A stretch of DNA of 64,000 nt from Tubulanus polymorphus (lineage: Eukaryota; Animalia; Nemertea), in the NCBI RefSeq assembly GCF_964204645.1, contig NC_134028.1, positions 13,647,653 to 13,711,652 on the forward strand, given 5' to 3'. Position 1 is the first letter of the stretch. Every line of letters starts with the position of its first letter. Under the pieces are notes generated by a model, which did no database searches, was not told where the DNA came from, and worked only from the letters and a program-made list of their open reading frames with translations. This document shows positions 39,366-49,088 of the stretch, piece by piece. The position numbers and the translations under genes are program-made.

Positions 39366-39725
39366 ATGAATATAACTGTTGGACCGAGTATATGTTTTGG
39401 GTTTGATTTTAAACGTGAGAAAGAAATTAAATTTAACATTAATGATGTAATTACACATATCAAAAATATTGCATTTTCTAATGAAACAACATTTGAGTAT
39501 GAAACAACAATAGATAAAGAAACTTTTAATGTAGAAAAGATTACTAATTTAATTAGAGAATCTTTAAGATTTTATGAATTAGATGAAGATTTTATCATCG
39601 ATGATATAAAAAAAATAATAATTGAAATATATACAAATGAAACTAGTAATGAAATAAATGTTGAATTAATCATCACTAAGATAACTAAATATTTTGAAGA
39701 TAGTAATTTTTTGATTAATAAATGA
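39366..39725 (+). CDS. Polinton hypothetical protein (119 aa)
   Basis: Open ORF with the shared T-run/TAAATG start. Confidence 0.6.
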   Translation: MNITVGPSICFGFDFKREKEIKFNINDVITHIKNIAFSNETTFEYETTIDKETFNVEKITNLIRESLRFYELDEDFIIDDIKKIIIEIYTNETSNEINVELIITKITKYFEDSNFLINK

Positions 39726-39943
39726 GTGATAATAAGTGGATAATAACTGGATTATATAATGGAGCATTACTATCAGTTGGAACTGTTGGTTATTCAATGG
39801 TATTAAAAAAAGTATTCAAAATGGGAAGTGTTAATGTTGATAGATTTGATATCAATGATATTTTAAAATTAACATTAGCAGTTACTTTATCTAATTTAAC
39901 AATTGATTATTTGGAAAAACAAAAATATATTCCTCCCATATAA
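39722..39943 (+). CDS. Polinton small hydrophobic protein (73 aa)
   Basis: Two hydrophobic segments; TAAATG start overlapping the previous stop codon. Confidence 0.65.
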   Translation: MSDNKWIITGLYNGALLSVGTVGYSMVLKKVFKMGSVNVDRFDINDILKLTLAVTLSNLTIDYLEKQKYIPPI

Positions 39944-39967
39944 ATGCATAATTTTTTTGCTAAATAA

Positions 39968-40323
39968 ATGGCTTCTGCAATTATAACTATTATAGGATCG
40001 GCAATTGTTAACGCTTTTGCATTTGCTGGTGGTGGTTATTTATTTAAACATATTGATAAAAATGGATCATTAACAGAACAAAAAAGACATAACTTAGCAT
40101 TAGAGAAATATGATAACGCTGCAGAAGAATATAGAGAAAAGAGACAAAACTATAAACTAACAGTTTATATAACGCGGTAACCAATAAAGAAAAATTACAT
40201 CTATACAAACCTAAATTATCAGATTATTATACCCCAAGTAAAGAACAACAGAAATATGAAATAATATGGATTTTAGGCGGAACTGTTATTGTTATATTTG
40301 TTGCTTATAAATTTACTAATTAG
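39968..40323 (+). pseudogene. Polinton small membrane protein (disrupted)
   Basis: N-terminal hydrophobic MASAIITIIGSAIVNAFAFAGGGYLF; C-terminal TM IIWILGGTVIVIFVAYKF in another frame. Confidence 0.6.
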
Positions 40324-40342
40324 TAATTTTTTTTCTAAATAA

Positions 40343-40777
40343 ATGGAAGATAAAGTTGATAATAATGATATTATTCCTCATGATATAAATAAAACTAAAT
40401 TAAAAACATATTTAGAAAAACAAATATTAGAATTTGAAAGTGACTTTAAGAAAAAAAAGAAAAAATATTTAAAAAGTAAAATTATATATTATTTGATTAT
40501 AAGTGGTTCGGTTACAATTAGTTCTGTAATAACATTTTTAGCAATATTCAGCTCATTAACACCTTTAGCTATATCAATTGGCGTATTAGGATTAAGTTCA
40601 AGTGTTTTAACTGGTATAAGTTCAAAATTAAATATAAAAAGTAATAAAGAAAAAATTAAAACTAATATAAAAGAAATTAATAAATAAAAGAACACACTAG
40701 ATTATATAATAAGTTTAAATGGTCATATAACAGTTGAAGAACAAGATAAATTATTAAAAGAATTAATAAATTATTAA
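40343..40777 (+). pseudogene. Polinton 2-TM protein (in-frame stop at 40685)
   Basis: Two hydrophobic helices. The frame continues KNTLDYIISLNG after the stop, as in the homologous fragments. Confidence 0.65.
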
Positions 40778-40793
40778 TTTTTTAATTATATAA

Positions 40794-42182
40794 ATGGTAG
40801 ATAGTTTTCCAAAAGCTTTCCAATATAATAAATCAATTAAATATAATATTCCAGCAATAGATTTTAATAAAGATATTACATATAGAAATGAAGTTTTAGA
40901 TTCATTAACTAATTTAGAAATTTATGTTACTGAAACTAATAATTTTAATGCAAAGATGGAAAATATATTTCATGTATATTTAATTGATTTTAAAAAATTG
41001 AAAGATGAAAAACAATGGTTATTAAAATCTAATATGAAGTATTGGCAGAACCAATTAAATTTAGCTGTTTATTGTGCAACAACAGGTTGTGGAATTAGTT
41101 GGAATGATCATTTGAATAATTCTAAATATAAATTAATTCAAAGTTTATTTAGATTTCATACATACTTTCAAATAAGATTAATATTAAATGAATTAGAGTG
41201 TCCTTTACCAGGATCTAGGTATTTTAATAAATTAGATAATAATATTAATTTGTCAAAGTTTTATAAAATTTGTAATGAATTTAATATAGATATAAATAAT
41301 TCTGATTTTAGAACGAAAATTGGAACAATAAGATCACTTCCTTGCCCTAAAAAGATTGCAGAATATTGTGCACTTCCCATACCATCTAATAGTTTTTATA
41401 ATATCTATAATAATAATTTAAGTTATGGTAAAATAGAAACTAAGGATTTAGAAACATTAAATTTCAATAAATTACCGACATTTTATGATAATTTAAAACA
41501 AGAAAACAATAATGGTTGGGTTTATTTCATTTTAGAAAATAGTGAAGGTTTTACTAAATCAGGTATAGAAAGAATAAATCAATCTATTAGAACTTATTTG
41601 ATATGTATTTTAGGTGCGCAAGTTGAAACGAGATCCCCAATAATTGGAAATTTAAATACATCATTTGATACACAGAAACAATTCAAAGTATTATTTGAAG
41701 ATTCAATTCATAATGATAAAAATAGATCGATTCCGGAAAACATTGTAAGATATCAAAATTATTTAGATAAATCTCATGTAAGACTAAATTATTGCATAGG
41801 CCCTAATCTATTAACTATTTCTAATGATTTAGTATTAAAGATGGGAAACATAATTGGTTATAATAATCTAATTAAAACTGCAACAATAAATAATTCATTT
41901 GGATTGAATGATATAAATAATAAGATAATTTCTGCTCCAAAATTAATGGAAGGTGAAAAAAATAAAAAACATATTCAATCAACAGAAACTAAAACTAATA
42001 ATATTAAATTAAATAATGATTCTAAAATAAAAGATTACAATACATCAGAAAATATTAGAACTGATAAAATTCAACATGAAATAATTAAACTAAATGATGA
42101 TAATAAATCCCATGAAAATACTAAATTAGCTTTAACTTGTATAGGAATTGTAATCGGAGGAAAATTATATTTTAAATTTTAA
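40794..42182 (+). CDS. Polinton hypothetical protein (462 aa) with a C-terminal hydrophobic anchor
   Basis: Intact long ORF; WQNQLNLAVYCATTGCGISW block; function not recognised. Confidence 0.75.
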   Translation: MVDSFPKAFQYNKSIKYNIPAIDFNKDITYRNEVLDSLTNLEIYVTETNNFNAKMENIFHVYLIDFKKLKDEKQWLLKSNMKYWQNQLNLAVYCATTGCGISWNDHLNNSKYKLIQSLFRFHTYFQIRLILNELECPLPGSRYFNKLDNNINLSKFYKICNEFNIDINNSDFRTKIGTIRSLPCPKKIAEYCALPIPSNSFYNIYNNNLSYGKIETKDLETLNFNKLPTFYDNLKQENNNGWVYFILENSEGFTKSGIERINQSIRTYLICILGAQVETRSPIIGNLNTSFDTQKQFKVLFEDSIHNDKNRSIPENIVRYQNYLDKSHVRLNYCIGPNLLTISNDLVLKMGNIIGYNNLIKTATINNSFGLNDINNKIISAPKLMEGEKNKKHIQSTETKTNNIKLNNDSKIKDYNTSENIRTDKIQHEIIKLNDDNKSHENTKLALTCIGIVIGGKLYFKF

Positions 42183-42198
42183 TTTTTTTATTATATAA

Positions 42199-43632
42199 AT
42201 GGATGTAGAAGGTGGAGAAGATATTAGAATGGATCCTTTTGATGAACCTGGTATAAGTGATGAACAACCACCTGATTTTGATGAAACAAGTTTTAATGAT
42301 GGTAATGAGCACGGATATAATAATAATTTAAATATGCCTGATTATATTAAAAATGCAGAATCACAATTAAATCCTGAAAATTTAGACCCAGGTTTAGTAA
42401 AAGAAGATTTAGATAATTTAAACAAAATACCTAAATTAGAAGATTTAATTGAAAAATCTAAACTTAACATAAATGATGAAGACGTTGGACTTTTAGCATA
42501 TCAATTAAAATTTTTAGATAATGGTAAATGTTATTATCGTTTGAAAGGTGATTATTATATTGATATCACTTCCAAAAATAATAAAAAAATATTAGCGGAA
42601 TCAACTTTGAAAAGTTTAAAACCAGATAAAATTAAAAGAATAAGTAATAGTTATGAAATAACTGATGTTACACAAAAAGAAATAGATGATAATATAGACG
42701 TATTTAAACAAAGAATTAATGAATTATTTGAAATAATCAAATAGAAATCAGAAACAGAAACAACTTCTGAACAGAATATAACTTCCAAAACTAGTAAACT
42801 TAAATCAAATAAAGTTTCAATTGAAAAACTTTTACCGAATGGATTAATTGATGCAACAGATCAACAATTAGAAGATTTAAATATATTTTCTGATGAAGCA
42901 ATTAGAGAAATTATTAGTATAAGAAATGAAGCTGATAAAATTGCACATAATAAAAGTATAAGAGATCAAAAAATTATGTATTTGGAAAAAGAATTAACTA
43001 ATGCAAATAAAGAAATAGAACAACTAAAGTCTGATTTAGATCATCAAGTAATTGATGAAATAGAATATAGGCAAAAAGAATTACGTTTAGAAAAAGAAAT
43101 TAATAATTTAAAAGATAATTTAGAAGTACAAGAAGAAGAAATTAAATTATTATTAAAATCATATGATTATAATATTAATAGATTAAAAGTTATTTTTAAA
43201 GATTTGTTGATTAAACCAAATTCTGAAATATCATTAAAAGATAGAATAAAGTTATTATTTAAATTAGAAGGAATAACAATTCTTTCAATTCTAACAGCTG
43301 TAACTATGTTATTTACAACAATTGGTTTAGCAATATCAAATGCTTTAAAATCTACTCCTACTCCCAATAAACCAGATAAACCCCCAGATAATAATTCTAT
43401 ACAAGATAAAGTTAAGGATGGTTTAAAGAAATTAGCAAAATATTTATGGGAACTATCTAAAAAATCTGCTGCAGCATTGCCAGGAGTTATTGCATCAATT
43501 GTTGGTTTTATATTGAAATCTGCAGGAAACATTATTAACTTTGCTGCTGAACATATTATTTTATTTTTAATTACAGTTGTAAGTGCTATTATTTTTGGTT
43601 TAGTAAATATGATATCAAAAAATATCAAGTAA
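42199..43632 (+). pseudogene. Polinton coiled-coil, multi-TM protein (one in-frame stop at 42742)
   Basis: ORFs 42199 and 42976 share a frame with no further stop between them. Acidic N-terminus, coiled coil, 2-3 hydrophobic helices. Confidence 0.7.
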
Positions 43633-43672
43633 ACATGATCAAAAATAAATAATTAATTTTTTTGTTATATAA

Positions 43673-44919
43673 ATGAGTGGGAGTTATATCAATCCTTCTA
43701 GGAATCATAGAATATCTAATGCTATTAAAGCAGAAAGATCACATCATATAATTACTCATAACCCTTCAAATATTAATCCCGATGAAACTTTATATGTTAG
43801 AATTCCTAGATTAACACAAAATACTTTTTATGTTCCAAATAGTATTTATTTATCAGCCGATATAAAAGTAACGGGCCATGATAACAATTATGTTGTTGAT
43901 AATGTTGGGAGATATTTGATTAAAAAATTAACTATAAAGATTGGTCCAGAAACAGTTTTCTCATTAGATGATTATAATTTATTTATGCATTATAAAGATT
44001 TATGGTTAACTAAAGAAAATAGAAATAATATGATATTTCAAGGAATCCAATCAGAAAACCATAATAAATTAAGATCAGGAGCTAATGACGCAATAGTAAC
44101 TCGTGCCACAGATAATTTGATTAAAAAGATTTATGGAAGCAAATGTAAAATTCCATTAGACTTTGAATTGATAAATAATAATGCACCTTTATATAAATAC
44201 GCAATTCAAGAAGATATTATATTTGAGATAACATTTGCTCCTGTAAATGAAATTGTATTATCTAGCGTTGTTAAAGATATGGGTTATAAATTATCGAATA
44301 TATGTTTAGAATATAACACAGTAACTAATGAAAATATTGCTAGCACAATTCAAACTCAATGCAATCAAGGATTTTCATTATTATATGATTATATTGATAA
44401 ATTTAAAACTGTAACTATTAATGCAAATGATGAAATAATTAATGAGAATATTAACTTCCCAAGAAGATCTATTAAAGGTATATTAATATTTTTTACCATT
44501 GCAACATATACTAATGGTGCAATAAATGTTGATAATTATTATAATCCTGAAATAACAAAAGTAGAAATAACTATCGAAGGAATAGCAAATAAAATATTTT
44601 GTCAAGGAATGAGAATGATAGATCAATGGCCAGAAATTAGAAAACATTTTATGAATGAAAAAGTAAAATCATCTGAAAATTGTAATACTAATCAAATTGA
44701 TTATTATACCGGTAATAAATATGCATTATGGTTAGATTTTAGAACAACAGAGGATAATTCATTACATGGTTCTGGGAAAAATTACAAAACACTAAAGATG
44801 GAATACAATTATTCATGAAAAAGAAAAAAGGAAGCCTAAATTTCAAAATGCACATTTATATTATATCTGACGCGCAATTAAATATTGTAAATTCACAGTT
44901 AGATAGTATTCAATATTAG
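43673..44919 (+). pseudogene. Probable major capsid protein (frameshift near 44780)
   Basis: About 415 codons, beta-rich pattern, located just before integrase and ATPase; second copy at 4355-5370. Fold assignment is inference. Confidence 0.65.
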
Positions 44920-44949
44920 AAATATAAAGTTAAAATTAACGATATATAA

Positions 44950-46077
44950 ATGGGAGGTAAAAAAACTCTTAATACTAAAGAACAATATATAAGAAATTTA
45001 TATTACAACCCTGAGAGTTCGGTTGCTTATTCTTCTACCAAAAATATATGGCGTCAAGTAAAACAAGATAAATTAGATAAGATAATCCCACAAAATTTAG
45101 TTAAAAATAAAGATATAAATGAATTTATGTTAGAACAACCAACATACACAACACATAAAAAAATTGTTAGAAAATATAAAACTCGTAAAACTATGGTAAG
45201 TTATGTAGATCAACAGTGGCAAGGAGATTTAATTGATATGAAAAATGTTAAGAAAGGCAATGATGATTATTGGTGGTTATTGAATATAATTGATATTTTT
45301 AGTCATTATGTATGGAGCTTCCCACTTTATAGAAAAGATGCTGTACAAACATCAAATGTTTTAAGAAAATTTCTTTCGGATGATAAACTAAAACCAGAAA
45401 AAATACAATTTGATGATGGAAAAGAATTTGATAATTCACTTGTTCATGAACTCTTAGATAATCATAATATTAAATATTTTTCAACAAAATCGGATAAAAA
45501 AGCAGCAGTTGTTGAACGATTTAATAGAACATTAAGAACAAGAATGTGGAAATATTTTACAGCCAATAATACTTTTAAATGGATTGATGTTTTGCCAAAA
45601 TTGATAGAAGGATATAATAATTCTTATCATTCTTCTATTGGAATGAAACCTATTGATGCTAGAAAACCTGAAAATGCTGAAATTGTTTGGAATAATTTAT
45701 ATGGAGCATTTCTTGTAGATGATTTTGGTGAACCTAAATTTAAAGTTGGTCAAAATGTTAGAATTTCTAAGTATAAAAAGATATTTGATAAAGGATACGA
45801 TCGAAATTTTACCAGAGAAATATATAAAATAAAAAAAGTAATAACAACAAAACCATATGTCTATAAATTAGAAGATTTAGATGGTGAAGAAGTTGATGGC
45901 TACTTTTACGAAGAAGAATTAAGTTTAACTACTGAAAATCTAGAACAAGAGTATAAGATTGAAAAAGTATTAAAAACAAAAACTACTAAAAGAAAAAAAT
46001 ATTCTTTAGTAAAATGGGTTGGATGGCCAGATAAATTCAATGAATGGATATTATCAAGTAAAATTAAAAATATATAA
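44950..46077 (+). CDS. Retroviral-like integrase with a C-terminal chromodomain
   Basis: QWQGDLIDM, IDIFS, IQFDDGKEF, VERFNRTL, YN...HSSIGMKP; chromodomain YKIEKVL...LVKWVGW...NEWI. ORF intact. Confidence 0.95.
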   Translation: MGGKKTLNTKEQYIRNLYYNPESSVAYSSTKNIWRQVKQDKLDKIIPQNLVKNKDINEFMLEQPTYTTHKKIVRKYKTRKTMVSYVDQQWQGDLIDMKNVKKGNDDYWWLLNIIDIFSHYVWSFPLYRKDAVQTSNVLRKFLSDDKLKPEKIQFDDGKEFDNSLVHELLDNHNIKYFSTKSDKKAAVVERFNRTLRTRMWKYFTANNTFKWIDVLPKLIEGYNNSYHSSIGMKPIDARKPENAEIVWNNLYGAFLVDDFGEPKFKVGQNVRISKYKKIFDKGYDRNFTREIYKIKKVITTKPYVYKLEDLDGEEVDGYFYEEELSLTTENLEQEYKIEKVLKTKTTKRKKYSLVKWVGWPDKFNEWILSSKIKNI

Positions 46078-46677
46078 ATGAATAAGGAATTATTTATATT
46101 TGAGCCTCATAATATGTTAATTTCTGGCGTAACAAATTGTGGAAAAACTTATTTTATATTAAATTTATTAGAAACTGTTTATGAAAACTATTTTGATAAT
46201 ATAGTATTATTTTGCCCAACCTATGAATTTAATCAAACTTATAATAGAAATATTACTAGAAATAATAAATTTATTATATTAGATCCTAAAACAGTAAAAG
46301 ATAATTGTATAAAAATAGCAATTGATATTTATAAGGGATCAAATACATTATTCATTATAGATGATTGTGCTAATCTACATGATTCAAAAGTTAGAGAAAG
46401 TGAGTTATGTTATTTAGCTTTTTCTGGCAGACATTTTGGGATAACAACTTGGGTTTTAAATCAAAAATATAATTCAATTGTTAAAGATTTTAGGGAGAAT
46501 ATAAGATTTCTAGTTTTATTCTACAATAAAGATAGAAAATCGATGAAAAATGCACTTGAGAAAAATGATATTATTCCACATGATTTACATAATGAATATA
46601 TGGATAAGTTGAAAAATATTAAAAGATCAAAATTACTATTTAGATTACAACACCCATTTACATATGAATTTATTTAA
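46078..46677 (+). CDS. A32/FtsK-like DNA packaging ATPase
   Basis: Walker A GVTNCGKT, Walker B FIIDD, GRH motif, Q...REN. Confidence 0.92.
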   Translation: MNKELFIFEPHNMLISGVTNCGKTYFILNLLETVYENYFDNIVLFCPTYEFNQTYNRNITRNNKFIILDPKTVKDNCIKIAIDIYKGSNTLFIIDDCANLHDSKVRESELCYLAFSGRHFGITTWVLNQKYNSIVKDFRENIRFLVLFYNKDRKSMKNALEKNDIIPHDLHNEYMDKLKNIKRSKLLFRLQHPFTYEFI

Positions 46678-46680
46678 ATT

Positions 46681-46950
46681 CAACTGGCTTATTAATCTAG
46701 TTGAATTCTAGTTACGTTCTAGTTGAATTCTAGTTATTGGTAGTTGGAACAAAAATCAACTAGATTTAACAATATTTTAACTAGCTTGTTAATCTAGTTT
46801 AATTCTAGTTACATTCTAGTTGAATTCTAGTTGTTAGTAGTTGGAACAAAAATCAACTAGATTTAACAAGAAATAAACAAAAACAACAGTATTTCAACTA
46901 GCTTGTTAATCTAGTTGAATTCTAGTTACATTCTAGTTGAATTCTAGTTG
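46681..46950 (+). repeat. CTAG-rich tandem repeat inside the Polinton
   Basis: Three copies of aactagcttgttaatctagttgaattctagttacattctagttgaattctagtt. Confidence 0.9.
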
Positions 46951-46981
46951 CAACAACACAATTAATTTTTTTGTTATATAA

Positions 46982-47569
46982 ATGGGAGGTGAAAAGAAAA
47001 TAAAATCTAAAAATGGTGATGTTCCAATTGAAAAAACTTTAGATGATTTAGGAATAACAGAAAACAAATTAATTCCAGATGATGGTGCTTTAAATAATGT
47101 TACAACAAATAATAATTATGAATATTATCTTTATTGTAAACATCAATTAGAAATATTAATAGCATCTGGAAAATGTAAAAATTTTGTCGGTAAAAATTTA
47201 ACTTATAATGAATTAGATACAATGAAATCAGATGAAATTATTAGATTATTTAAGATTTATGAAGCCGCGAGAACAGCTAGAATTAATGACGCGATATCAG
47301 AAAATGTAGTAAAAGGTTATAGTAAATTATGTAATTATATACGTCCAATTGAAGATGAAAATAGATTATATTCCGATTTAAAAAATGACTATTTAGTTAT
47401 GACTGAATTAAATAAATGGATTGGATATTTATCATTTCAATTAGGCGGATTTATGACATTATTATCAACTGGGGTTATAACATTTTCAAATATTGAAAGT
47501 AAAAATATTTCTATAATAAATGAGCGAGGTGAAAGAAGTGAAGGAATTTACTGTGAAGAAAAAACCTAG
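46982..47569 (+). CDS. Polinton hypothetical protein (195 aa)
   Basis: Intact ORF with TAAATG start; homolog fragment at 3440-3650. Confidence 0.7.
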   Translation: MGGEKKIKSKNGDVPIEKTLDDLGITENKLIPDDGALNNVTTNNNYEYYLYCKHQLEILIASGKCKNFVGKNLTYNELDTMKSDEIIRLFKIYEAARTARINDAISENVVKGYSKLCNYIRPIEDENRLYSDLKNDYLVMTELNKWIGYLSFQLGGFMTLLSTGVITFSNIESKNISIINERGERSEGIYCEEKT

Positions 47570-47888
47570 ATCACAGAAACAAATTGAATGGTCTCGGCAA
47601 TTAGGAATTAAATCACAAGAATATAAAAAAGCTGTAAAAGAAAAAATAAGTAATAAAAATGTTAATAAAAATAGTGAAAATATTGTTATTTCTACTCCTT
47701 CTGATAATAGAATATTTGATAAATATTTATATTTTACAGTTGGATTTGTAATTGTATTCATTTTGATTGGGTGTAATTGGTATAAGAAATCAAATAAAAT
47801 TCATGATATTAATAATTCTGAAACAACTGCTATTAAAAATGAAAATAGTTCTGAAATTCCAAAATTGATAATAAAAAAAATGGATTAA
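47520..47888 (+). CDS. Polinton basic single-TM protein (122 aa)
   Basis: KKKPRSQKQIEW N-terminus and TM YLYFTVGFVIVFILIGC; homolog at 3095-3440. Confidence 0.7.
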   Translation: MSEVKEVKEFTVKKKPRSQKQIEWSRQLGIKSQEYKKAVKEKISNKNVNKNSENIVISTPSDNRIFDKYLYFTVGFVIVFILIGCNWYKKSNKIHDINNSETTAIKNENSSEIPKLIIKKMD

Positions 47889-48062
47889 TATTTTAGAAAA
47901 AAGCAAAAAAAATAATTTTTTTTTAATTAATTGAATATCTCACTACTTTTGTCTATCACTGTGTGGGTGCTGTTTATGGCACCATCTATGCGGAGCAATT
48001 AAATTGTCCAGATAAGTCATTTCGGATTCTAGATATTCATTATTTTTATTATTTTATTTTTT

Positions 48063-48389
48063 TAAATTTTATCAACAATTTCTAAATCATGATGTCCATC
48101 TTCATTTTTTCCATGATATATTATTTTAAATCCTTCTAAATCTTTTAATTCCTCTGTACTCAATGAAACCCATTTATCAGGTAAAAATACTTTAAAATCT
48201 CGCGATGTACTAACATTACAGTAGCTTTAAATAGCTGATACTTTCTGTCCATATTTAGTTTTTATCTTTTCTAATTTCAATATTTTATGTTCAATTTCTT
48301 TTCATCAACTAACTTTTTTATTTCAAATTGTTTTTTGCTGGTTTTATTCTGTTATTTATTGTTGCTAAGAATGCTTTTCTATCTCCCAT
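48063..48389 (-). pseudogene. Polinton small protein (MGDRKAFLA...), disrupted
   Basis: TAAATG start; homolog at 2588-2910 with the same KIKTKYG...VF/AFLP.KWVSL...MY/IYHGKNEDGHHD sequence. Confidence 0.6.
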
Positions 48390-48524
48390 TTATTAGGAAA
48401 AGAAATTACTTGTGGTGAAGAGTGGGGATTACTTCCCCTTGTATATAACAAACACGCTATTAACCGTTCTCACCCAAGCTTCACAGCATCTATTAGGAGC
48501 AGTAATTATAACTGTCCAGATAAG

Positions 48525-48746
48525 TCATTTCGGTTCCTTGATATCAAATTCCTCAACGTATTGTTCATTATTTGGATCATTTTGGATCATCCATAATTCA
48601 ATAAATTTCTTTGCCTTTGTTAACTGTTCTAAATATAACTGTAAATCTAGTTTATTAGATTTGATTTGATTTTCTTTCTTTTCTAAAGGCCGTAAATTTT
48701 TCCAACCCCACATAAGTTTTTTATTGTATTCATCATTCCTTTCCAT
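48525..48746 (-). pseudogene. C-terminal fragment of an HNH-type endonuclease
   Basis: WKNLRPLEKKEN..KS.K; homologous to the longer copy at 55690-56287. Confidence 0.6.
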
Positions 48747-49088
48747 TTATAAGGAAAACAAATTACTTGTGGTGATGAGTGGGGATTACTTCCCCTGTAT
48801 ATAACAAACACGCTATTAACCATTCTCACCCAAGCCTCACAGCATCTATTTATCCGGGTACAGTTGACACGCAATCACTGTACTACAGTAATAGCACACG
48901 CGTTAATAACCGTTCTCAGTAGAGACTCACTGTATCAATCTATCCACGCGCAGCTGTTGTTACGCGGACTCACTGTATATGTGTGTCACAGAGCAATCGT
49001 CCGTTCTCACTAGAGCCTTGCTGTGATGAGTGGTGTCTCGTCCTCTCGTCCTCTGGTATGAAAGCCTACTTTTCCAATTACTGATAGA

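Larger units (their letters stand above)
32091..49082 (+). mobile_element. Near-complete Polinton/Maverick (adintovirus-like endogenous virus), 16,992 bp
   Basis: Perfect 60-bp TIRs (32091-32150 and 49023-49082) beginning AGT; 6-bp TSD GATAGA (32085-32090 and 49083-49088); pPolB, integrase, ATPase and capsid-like genes. Confidence 0.97.

Noticed and set aside
43167-43628. 153-aa minus-strand ORF
   Set aside because: Antisense shadow of the hydrophobic plus-strand gene; it lacks the TAAATG start.
46681-46950. CRISPR-like mini-array in the Polinton
   Set aside because: The intervening segments are near-duplicates rather than unique spacers.
32091-49082. Contaminating free virus or misjoined contig
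   Set aside because: The perfect TSD, the restorable flanking RT frame and decayed relatives elsewhere in the window show true integration.
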